Source of the DNA: Lutibacter sp.
GTDB taxonomy: Bacteria > Bacteroidota > Bacteroidia > Flavobacteriales > Flavobacteriaceae
Length of the DNA: 48,016 bases
Assembly: GCA_046485225.1 (NCBI GenBank)
Contig: JAWOHJ010000073.1
Coordinates: forward strand, 1-48,016
Direction of reading: 5' to 3'
This document shows, in pieces, positions 17,864-26,284 of this stretch. The position numbers and the translations under genes are program-made. The notes under the pieces are model-generated. The model was not told the DNA's origin. It made no database searches and was given only the letters and a program-made list of their open reading frames with translations. The stretch's first letter is position 1; every line of letters starts with the position of its first letter.

Positions 17864-20338
17864 ATGATAAGAAAGATATACGGTTTTTTGTTTTTTCTCT
17901 TGATTTTTTCAATGAATACTGCCATAAGTCAAGTTAGAGATCGCGTGTCTTTTAATGAAGATTGGTTGTTTCAAAAAACTGAAAATTATGCAGCTTCTGC
18001 TGTAGATTTTGACGATGCTGATTGGAGAAAATTATCCGTTCCTCACGATTGGGCGATTGAAGGACCGTTCAAGCCTGAATACAATTTAAGAACGGGTGGA
18101 CTTCCTGTTTTTGGGATGGCTTGGTATCGAAAACATTTCAAGATTGATGCCAGCAAAAAAAATCAAATTGTAACCCTTGAATTTGATGGCGTTATGAGCA
18201 ATTCCACCATTTATATCAATGGAAAGGAATTGTACCACAGACCTTATGGCTTTATAGGTTTTGAAATAGATATCACACCTTACATCAATTTTGGTAAAGA
18301 AAATGTCATTGCCTTAAAGCTAAATCCGGAAGTATTGTCCATAAGATGGTATCCTGGAGCTGGGATTTACAGAAATGTTTGGCTCGAAACTAAAAATCCG
18401 GTGCATGTAAAACATTGGGGAACGCATATTTCAACCCCTAAAATTTCAGAAAAGAAAGCCGAAGTAACTATTGAAACCAAGCTTGAAAATAAAAGCAATT
18501 CTTTACCTAAAAAGTTCACGCTGCTAACCACCATTTATGATGAAAATGGAAATAATATAACATCAAGCATTACTGAAATCGATTTTAAAAATTCAAAAAC
18601 CGCCACTATTGAACAAAATTTGACCGTCTTAAATCCACAACTTTGGGATTTTGAAACGCCTCACTTATATAAAGCTGTTACTAAAATTCTAAAAAAGAAT
18701 GTTGACATAGACCAATATGAAACCCGTTTTGGTATTAGAACCATCGAATTTTCAAAAGAAGGATTCTTTTTAAACGGCAGAAAAGAAAAAATTAAAGGCG
18801 TTTGTTTACACCATGATTTAGGAGCATTAGGATCTGCCGTAAATTACAGGGCCACAGAACGTCAGTTGCAAATTATGAAGGAAATGGGCATCAATGCAAT
18901 TCGCACTTCACACAATCCAACTTCACCAGAACAATTGGAACTCTGCGATAAAATGGGAATTTTGGTGCAAGTCGAAGCCTTTGATGGTTGGAAAATTCCA
19001 AAGACAGAAAATGATTATAACAAATATTGGGACGAATGGCATGAAACGGATTTGCGCGATATGATCAAAAGAGACAGAAATCATCCATCTGTAATTATGT
19101 GGAGTATTGGCAATGAAATGGGAGAGCAAAAAGAGGAAGGCGGACATCTAATTGCCGAAAAATTAGTGGAAATATGTCATGATGAAGACCCAAGCAGACC
19201 CGCTACAGCAGGTTTTAATCAATTGGCGACTGCATTAAAAAACGGGTTGGGAACACCATTAGACATTGTAGGTGCAAACTACAAACCTACCCTATATGCC
19301 GATTTTATGAAGGAATATCCTAATATGATTATCTATGGTTCTGAAACGGCTTCTACGGTTTCTTCCAGAGGCGTTTATCATTTGCCTTTACAGAAATACG
19401 ATAAGCATTCCTCTTTGCAAGTGGATAGTTACGATTTTAATAGTCCATATTGGGCGTATCCGCCAGATATTGAATTTCATTTCCAAGACTCGCTGCCCAA
19501 CCTCATTGGGGAATTTATGTGGACTGGATTTGATTATTTAGGGGAACCAACACCTTACGGCGGAAAAGACAATTTAACACATGGCGATTGGTTAAAAGAC
19601 TGGCCTGCAAGAAGTTCTTTTTTTGGCGCTGTTGATTTGGCGGGTTTTCCCAAAGATCGTTTTTACTTGTATCAGAGTCAGTGGACAAAAAAACCAATGG
19701 TACATATCTTACCACATTGGAATTGGGAAGGAACAGATTTAGAAACTATTCCAGTTTTTTGCTACACCAATGCAGAAGAAGCTGAATTGTTTGTGAATGG
19801 AAAGTCTCAGGGCAGAAAAATAAAAGGCGTGGATAAAACCCGCATTCCAGTTAATTTTAGCGGATGGAAAAACAAAGAAAAATATTTTGATTCGCCCTAT
19901 CGTTTAAGTTGGAATGTTCCTTTTGAAGCGGGTGAAATTGAAGTTGTTGCCTATAATGAAGGAAAAGAAGTTGCCCGAAAATCAATTAAAACCGCCAAAG
20001 AACCAGCAAAAATTTCACTGATTCCAGATAGAACTATCATCAATGCCGATGGCGAAGATTTATCATTTATAACCATTAAAATTGAGGACGAAAACGGAAT
20101 TTTTTGTCCGTTGGCCAATAATTTTGTTCAATTTAAAATCTCTGGCCCTGCAACAATTGCAGCAGTGGATAATGGCGACGCTACTTCAACCGAACCTTTT
20201 CAAGCAAATTACAGGAAAGCCTTTAATGGTTTATGCCTGTTGGTTATTAAAAGCAAAAAAGGAGAAACAGGAGAAGTCACTATTGAAGCATCTTCAGATG
20301 GCTTGGCATCTAAAATAATTACCATTAAATCCAACTAA
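17864..20338 (+). CDS. GH2 beta-galactosidase-like enzyme
   Basis: VPHDWAIEGP, RWYPGAGIYR, GVCLHHDLG, NAIRTSHNP, WSIGNE (acid/base), GSET (nucleophile), WTGFDYLGEPTP. Confidence 0.92.
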   Translation: MIRKIYGFLFFLLIFSMNTAISQVRDRVSFNEDWLFQKTENYAASAVDFDDADWRKLSVPHDWAIEGPFKPEYNLRTGGLPVFGMAWYRKHFKIDASKKNQIVTLEFDGVMSNSTIYINGKELYHRPYGFIGFEIDITPYINFGKENVIALKLNPEVLSIRWYPGAGIYRNVWLETKNPVHVKHWGTHISTPKISEKKAEVTIETKLENKSNSLPKKFTLLTTIYDENGNNITSSITEIDFKNSKTATIEQNLTVLNPQLWDFETPHLYKAVTKILKKNVDIDQYETRFGIRTIEFSKEGFFLNGRKEKIKGVCLHHDLGALGSAVNYRATERQLQIMKEMGINAIRTSHNPTSPEQLELCDKMGILVQVEAFDGWKIPKTENDYNKYWDEWHETDLRDMIKRDRNHPSVIMWSIGNEMGEQKEEGGHLIAEKLVEICHDEDPSRPATAGFNQLATALKNGLGTPLDIVGANYKPTLYADFMKEYPNMIIYGSETASTVSSRGVYHLPLQKYDKHSSLQVDSYDFNSPYWAYPPDIEFHFQDSLPNLIGEFMWTGFDYLGEPTPYGGKDNLTHGDWLKDWPARSSFFGAVDLAGFPKDRFYLYQSQWTKKPMVHILPHWNWEGTDLETIPVFCYTNAEEAELFVNGKSQGRKIKGVDKTRIPVNFSGWKNKEKYFDSPYRLSWNVPFEAGEIEVVAYNEGKEVARKSIKTAKEPAKISLIPDRTIINADGEDLSFITIKIEDENGIFCPLANNFVQFKISGPATIAAVDNGDATSTEPFQANYRKAFNGLCLLVIKSKKGETGEVTIEASSDGLASKIITIKSN

Positions 20339-20388
20339 CATTTTATGGAAAACAAGAGCAATTTCAATAACAATAAAATACTTGACGA

Positions 20389-22326
20389 ATGAAACCTATC
20401 TTTAGTTTCTTTAAAAAGGCTGTTGTTATCATACTTTTTTTAACAATACAAATTCCTTTACAGGCACAATTGTCAAAAACTGAAAACGACACCCATTTCA
20501 TCATCAATGCCGATTTTGAAACAGGTACTTTAGATGGATGGAGCTATTGGAGAACAAGAAACGCTGAAATAACTACAGATGCATTCTCTGGAAAATATGC
20601 GGTTAAATTTGGTTCAGAAAGAGGGTTCTGTATTCAAGAAACCAAAGTGAGACCCAACAGTCTTTACAGAATTTCCGCTTATATTAAAACAGAATCAGGC
20701 GCTGAAGAAGCTCAATTAATGGTAAGTAATTATGGAGGCCCTGAAAAATCGGTTTCAAGTTCCCTTACAGTGTATACCAAAGTCAGTATAGATTTTCAAA
20801 CAGCTTACAGTACTGATTTATTACTGATCTCCTTAATACATCCATCAGGAAAAGGCAGTGGCTATGCAGATCAAATTGAATTAACCTATTTAGGCAAAGC
20901 ACCAAATCCAAAAATTCAGGAGTTTGTGAAAATTCCAAAAAGAGTTCTTAAAGAAGAAAATGGCGTCGCACAACTACCGAACGATAAAATGGATTGGTTT
21001 CTTAATGATCGTTTTGGCATGTTTATTCATTGGGGCGTTTACGCAGCTATGGATGAAGGCGCTGAATGGGTAAGACATCAAGAAGCATGGGGATTTGAAT
21101 ATTACCAACGGCGTGCAAGAGATCCAGAAACCGGTTTTAGCGCAGCTAAATTTGAGGCAGCTGAATGGGTTAATTTGGCAAAAAAAGCAGGTATGAAATA
21201 TATGGCACTAACATCTAGGCATCATGATGGTTATGCCCTTTTTGACAGCAAACATCCCAACAGTTGGACAAGCAAAAAAGATTTAGGCAGAGATTTTATC
21301 AAAGAATATACAGATGCTGTGAGAGCTTCCGGACTTCATGTAGGGCTATATTATTCACCCATGAGTTGGCGTTATCCCGGCTATTACGACGTAACAGGAA
21401 AAGATGTCAAACCAAATGTTTGGGGGTATAAAACGGCATCCTGGCACAAAGAAGATGCACAAGCCATGAAAGAAGAAGTCTACGAACAGGTTACAATGCT
21501 ATTAAAAGATTATGGCAATATAGATTATATGTTTTGGGATGGAGGCTGGTTAAGTCAAACTGTGGATCCAGAATTAGAAAGAGTTTTTTGGGATTCCGGA
21601 AAGTATCAGAATCCTGATAATCAATGGCCTATAAATGAAAAATACATTACCAAAGAAGAAATAACCGGCAAACCTCTAGGAATCATGGGATTAGTCCGAA
21701 AATATCAGCCAAATATGGTTGTAAACGAACGTTTTGGATGGGTTGGAGATGTACATGCCGAAGAAGGTGGTTCTTCTACTTCCGGAGATATTCGCTTTGA
21801 GCATTATGGCGAAAAATGTGTGAGCCTTCAAAAAGGAGGTTGGGGTTATAGGCCAAATCGTCCTGTTTATAGTTTTGAAGAAGTGGCAGTTTATTTATCT
21901 AACTGCGCCGTTCGCAATATTAATTTACTTTTAAATGTTGCTCCGGACAGTGAAGGCGTTATACCTGAAAACCAGCAAGAAGTGCTGCTTAAAATGGGAA
22001 GCTGGTTAACTAAAGTTGGTGGCGGCATTTATGAAACAAGAGGTGGTCCTTGGCAACCTTCATTCGGAGAATATGGTTTTACATTCAAGGATAAAAAAAT
22101 TTACTGTCATATTTATGAAGGTTATCGTGAATTGAATTCAGGTAAGTTCACAACACAATCAATTGGCAATAAAAAAGTGTTGCAAGTAATTAATCTTTAT
22201 GATGGAAAAAAACTGAGCTGGGTAAAAAATAAAAATAACACGATTACTGTTAGCGACGTTAATTATGCATTAAATCCGGCAACAACAATTTTAGAAATCA
22301 CACTCACTGAATCAGTATATAAATAG
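20389..22326 (+). CDS. GH29 alpha-L-fucosidase-family enzyme with N-terminal CBM_4_9-like module
   Basis: RFGMFIHWGVYA, AKKAGMKY, RHHDGYALF, GLYYS, YMFWDG (nucleophile Asp), NLLLNVAPD. N-terminal IINADFETGTLDGW. Confidence 0.9.
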   Translation: MKPIFSFFKKAVVIILFLTIQIPLQAQLSKTENDTHFIINADFETGTLDGWSYWRTRNAEITTDAFSGKYAVKFGSERGFCIQETKVRPNSLYRISAYIKTESGAEEAQLMVSNYGGPEKSVSSSLTVYTKVSIDFQTAYSTDLLLISLIHPSGKGSGYADQIELTYLGKAPNPKIQEFVKIPKRVLKEENGVAQLPNDKMDWFLNDRFGMFIHWGVYAAMDEGAEWVRHQEAWGFEYYQRRARDPETGFSAAKFEAAEWVNLAKKAGMKYMALTSRHHDGYALFDSKHPNSWTSKKDLGRDFIKEYTDAVRASGLHVGLYYSPMSWRYPGYYDVTGKDVKPNVWGYKTASWHKEDAQAMKEEVYEQVTMLLKDYGNIDYMFWDGGWLSQTVDPELERVFWDSGKYQNPDNQWPINEKYITKEEITGKPLGIMGLVRKYQPNMVVNERFGWVGDVHAEEGGSSTSGDIRFEHYGEKCVSLQKGGWGYRPNRPVYSFEEVAVYLSNCAVRNINLLLNVAPDSEGVIPENQQEVLLKMGSWLTKVGGGIYETRGGPWQPSFGEYGFTFKDKKIYCHIYEGYRELNSGKFTTQSIGNKKVLQVINLYDGKKLSWVKNKNNTITVSDVNYALNPATTILEITLTESVYK

Positions 22327-22337
22327 AATATAAAATT

Positions 22338-23978
22338 ATGTCTATAATTGATTACGTTGTTATTATTGTATTTACTGTACTTATTGTAATAGCGGGCTTG
22401 TCTTTCAGAAAAAGAGGGTCGGATATGAAGAGTTATTTTGCGGCTGGCGGCGCGGTGCCTTGGACAATAAATGGCCTGTCACTTTACATGAGTTTTTTTT
22501 CGGCGGGCACTTTTGTGGTTTGGGGTTCTATTGCGTATGAATTTGGTTGGGTTGCCATCACCATTCAAATGGCCATGTGCGTTGGTGGTTTTGTGGTGGC
22601 ATATGTGATAGCGCCTAAATGGAGAAAAACAAATGTTTTAACAGCCGCCGAGTTTGTCAGAAAAAGATTGGGCGATAAAGTGCAAAAGTTTTACACCTAC
22701 ATCATTTTAATATTATCCTTGGCATATACCGGTGCATTTTTATATCCTGTGGCTAAAATCGTTAATGTATCAACAGGTTGGCCAATCAACGCTTGTATTA
22801 TTGGTTTGGGCTTGCTTATTTTATTATATACCGTGGTAGGCGGACTTTGGGCGGTTATCGTTACCGACGTTTTACAATTTGTGATATTAACGGCAGCCGT
22901 TTTTTTAGTGGTTATTTTGGCATTTGAACAGGTTGGCGGCTTAAATGGCTTCTTATCATCTTTACCAGCAGATGCCTGGAAAATAACAAGTGAAGAATAT
23001 AGCTGGTGGTTTATTTTGGCATTTGCTGTTTACAATATCATTTTTATAGGAGGAAATTGGGCTTATGTGCAGCGTTACACGAGCGTTAAAAATGCAAAAG
23101 ACGCAAAAAAAGTTGGGTTAACTTTTGGTTGGCTGTATCTTATCAGTCCTTTTATTTGGATGTTGCCTCCTATGATTTATAAAATAATCAATCCAAATTT
23201 ATCAGGATTGGAAAGTGAAGGTGCCTATATGCTAATTTGTAAGCAAGTTTTACCGATAGGTATGCTTGGTTTAATGTTGGGAGGAATGGTATTTGCCACG
23301 GCAAGTTCAGTAAACACCACTTTAAATTTAGCCGCATCGGTAATTACCAATGATTTATTTCTGGTTTTTAAACCCAAAGCAAGCTTAAAACAAGTTATGA
23401 ATGTGGCAAAACTTTCTACCGTAATCTTCGGCATTGGAACTATTTTAGTCGCCTTACTGGTGCCTTCTGTAGGAGGCATTGTGAATGTGGTATTAAGTAT
23501 TGGCGCGGTAACCGGTTGCTCGCTTTACGGACCGCCAATTTGGGCTTTGTTTTCAAAAAGACACGCTGGAAAATCAATATTAATCATCACCCTTATCAGT
23601 TTAAGCATTAACATTGGTTTTAAGTTTTTTTATACGCTTTCAAGAGCAGATGAAATGCTTTTGGGCACCTTATCCCCTTTCCTGCTTTTGGCAATTTATG
23701 AATTGTATGCAAAATTTATTGGGATTGAAAAAAGTGAAGATTATGTGAAATACGATCTTTTGAAAACACCTGATTTGGCTGCTTCCGCAGCTATTGAACA
23801 AAATGTTTTTGGCATGAAAGTTTTAGCAAATACACTAACAGCTATCGGAGTTTTAATTATAGGTTTAGGCATTATTTCAGCAAGTTCAAAATTACTTATC
23901 ATTTTAATGGGTACAATTATTTTTTCGATGGCACTTTTTATACATCCTTTTGTAAAACTTAAAAAAATATTTAAATGA
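22338..23978 (+). CDS. Sodium:solute symporter (SSS family)
   Basis: Many TM helices; YFAAGGAVPW, YTVVGGLWAVIVTDVLQF, YVQRY. Confidence 0.94.
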   Translation: MSIIDYVVIIVFTVLIVIAGLSFRKRGSDMKSYFAAGGAVPWTINGLSLYMSFFSAGTFVVWGSIAYEFGWVAITIQMAMCVGGFVVAYVIAPKWRKTNVLTAAEFVRKRLGDKVQKFYTYIILILSLAYTGAFLYPVAKIVNVSTGWPINACIIGLGLLILLYTVVGGLWAVIVTDVLQFVILTAAVFLVVILAFEQVGGLNGFLSSLPADAWKITSEEYSWWFILAFAVYNIIFIGGNWAYVQRYTSVKNAKDAKKVGLTFGWLYLISPFIWMLPPMIYKIINPNLSGLESEGAYMLICKQVLPIGMLGLMLGGMVFATASSVNTTLNLAASVITNDLFLVFKPKASLKQVMNVAKLSTVIFGIGTILVALLVPSVGGIVNVVLSIGAVTGCSLYGPPIWALFSKRHAGKSILIITLISLSINIGFKFFYTLSRADEMLLGTLSPFLLLAIYELYAKFIGIEKSEDYVKYDLLKTPDLAASAAIEQNVFGMKVLANTLTAIGVLIIGLGIISASSKLLIILMGTIIFSMALFIHPFVKLKKIFK

Positions 23979-26272
23979 TAAAAGAAAGTTTTACAAATCA
24001 TAGCAGAAAAAATAAGCGTGTCCCAATTAAAACAGATTTTGTAGTTGTTGGCGGCGGTTTATCGGGTGTTTGCGCTGCAATTACAGCTGCTCGTGCCGGA
24101 CTCAAAGTGGTTTTAGTTCAAGACAGGCCGGTATTGGGCGGAAATGCTTCCAGCGAAGTGCGCCTTTGGAGTTTGGGTGCCACTTCTCATATGGGAAACA
24201 ACAACAGATGGAGCCGTGAAGGGGGTTTAATCAATGAAATATTGTTGGATAACTTAAAACGAAATAAGGAAGGAAATCCCCTCATATTTGATACCGTTTT
24301 ATTAGAAAAAGTGTTCGAAGAAAAGAATATTACCTTGCTGTTAAATACGGCTGTTTATGAAATTTCTAAAAAGGGCGATGATGAAATAAAAGGGGTTGTT
24401 GGGTTTTGTAGCCAAAACAGCACTGCTTACAGCATAGAAGCGCCCCTGTTTTGTGATGCCTCAGGCGATGGAATTGTTGGTTTTCTTTCCGGCGCTTCCT
24501 TTAGAATGGGCGCAGAAGACAAAACAGAATTTGATGAAGGTTTTGCGCCAAACACTGAAGATTATGGAAATCTTTTAGGCCATTCACTTTATTTTTATAC
24601 CAAAGAAATGGATCGTCCCATTGCTTATACAGCACCTTCTTTTGCCATCAAAAATGCGGATGAACTTCCAAGAATAAAGAATTACCAATTGGGAGACCAC
24701 GGCTGTAAGCTATGGTGGGTGGAATATGGCGGTCGTTTAGACACGATACACGATTCTGAAAATATAAAATTTGAACTTTGGAAAGTGGTTTATGGTATTT
24801 GGGATTATATTAAAAATAGTGGTAAATATCCTGAAGCATCCAACCTAACATTGGAATGGGTAGGAACTATTCCGGGAAAACGCGAAAGCAGGCGCTTTGA
24901 AGGCGATTTTATGCTTTCCCAAAAAGATATTGTTGAACAACGCCAATATTATGATGCGGTTGCACACGGCGGCTGGGCAATGGATTTACATCCGGCAGAC
25001 GGAATTTACAGCAAACACAGTTCTTGTACACAATGGCATTCCAAAGGAGTGTACCAAATCCCTTACAGATGTTTTTATTCAAAAGACATTAAAAATTTAT
25101 TTCTGGCCGGCAGAATTATCAGTGCGTCGCACGTTGCTTTTGGCTCAACCAGAGTGATGCTTACTTGTGCATTGGGAGCGCAAGCGGTTGGAGAAGCTGC
25201 AGTTCTTTGTTTTAAAAATAATTGGAAACCTAAAAACATTTCTGATAAGGAGAAAATAAAAATACTTCAATTGGAGCTGAACAGAAATGGTCAAAGCATT
25301 CCGGGAATTAACGTTGGCGACCCTTCAGACTTGGCCAAAAAAGCTATAATAAAAACAACTTCAACTTTGCTTTTTGATGGTTTCAATCCAAGTGAAGATT
25401 GGCAAACATTAACTTTTAGCACCGCACAATTATTGCCCTTAGAAGCAAATACAACCTATGAATTTCATTTTGAGGTTGAAGCCATTGAAGCTACTACTTT
25501 AGAAATACAGCTTAGAACTGCAGCTGAAAACAAACATTTTACGCCAGATAAAACCTTGTATACCAAGCAATTTCAGCTAAAAAAAGGAAGGCATCAAATC
25601 TCCTTCAAAAGTACTGCTGTCTTGGAAATAAAACAATATGCTTTTGTCTGTTTGATGAAGAATGAGCACCTTAAAGTGCATGTATCCGATGAGCGTTGTT
25701 CGGGTATTATGACAGTTCAAAACAGAATTAACAAAGCAGTTTCCAATTACGGGAAACAAGAGCCACCAACTGGAGTTGGTATGGACAGATTTGAATTTTG
25801 GACACCAGAACGCAGACCTAATGGGAAAAATATGGCCTTTTCTATGCAACCGGCATTAAATGTTTTTACATCAAGAAATATTATCAATGGAGCTGTTAGA
25901 CCTTACGCAAATGGCGAAACGAATGTTTGGGTAGCTTCAAAAGATGATGAAAACCCAACAGTTATATTTTCGTGGGAAGCAGCAGTATCGTTAAATAATA
26001 TCAAATTATTTTTTGATTGTGATTACGACCATGCGTTGGAAAGTACACTAATGGGACATCCGGAAGATATGATTCCTTTTGTGGCAAGCAATTACACAAT
26101 TGAAGATGACAAAGGAAATATATTGGCAGAAATAGCAGACAATTATCAGGCAATCAATAATATAAAACTTAAAAGCACAGTCAAAACAAAAACATTGAAA
26201 TTTACCTTTTCACAAAAAAACAAAAATATACCGATATCGGTTTTTAATATTTCTGTGTTTGAAACACCCTAA
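23975..26272 (+). CDS. FAD-dependent oxidoreductase (PF12831-like) with long C-terminal beta-rich domain
   Basis: VVVGGGLSGVCAA, QDRPVLGGNASSE, DASGDG, GKRESRRFEGD, GWAMDLHP, IPYRCFYS, GSTRVM. No signal peptide; ATGA overlap with the symporter stop codon. Confidence 0.9.
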   Translation: MIKESFTNHSRKNKRVPIKTDFVVVGGGLSGVCAAITAARAGLKVVLVQDRPVLGGNASSEVRLWSLGATSHMGNNNRWSREGGLINEILLDNLKRNKEGNPLIFDTVLLEKVFEEKNITLLLNTAVYEISKKGDDEIKGVVGFCSQNSTAYSIEAPLFCDASGDGIVGFLSGASFRMGAEDKTEFDEGFAPNTEDYGNLLGHSLYFYTKEMDRPIAYTAPSFAIKNADELPRIKNYQLGDHGCKLWWVEYGGRLDTIHDSENIKFELWKVVYGIWDYIKNSGKYPEASNLTLEWVGTIPGKRESRRFEGDFMLSQKDIVEQRQYYDAVAHGGWAMDLHPADGIYSKHSSCTQWHSKGVYQIPYRCFYSKDIKNLFLAGRIISASHVAFGSTRVMLTCALGAQAVGEAAVLCFKNNWKPKNISDKEKIKILQLELNRNGQSIPGINVGDPSDLAKKAIIKTTSTLLFDGFNPSEDWQTLTFSTAQLLPLEANTTYEFHFEVEAIEATTLEIQLRTAAENKHFTPDKTLYTKQFQLKKGRHQISFKSTAVLEIKQYAFVCLMKNEHLKVHVSDERCSGIMTVQNRINKAVSNYGKQEPPTGVGMDRFEFWTPERRPNGKNMAFSMQPALNVFTSRNIINGAVRPYANGETNVWVASKDDENPTVIFSWEAAVSLNNIKLFFDCDYDHALESTLMGHPEDMIPFVASNYTIEDDKGNILAEIADNYQAINNIKLKSTVKTKTLKFTFSQKNKNIPISVFNISVFETP

Positions 26273-26284
26273 AATTATTGAAAT

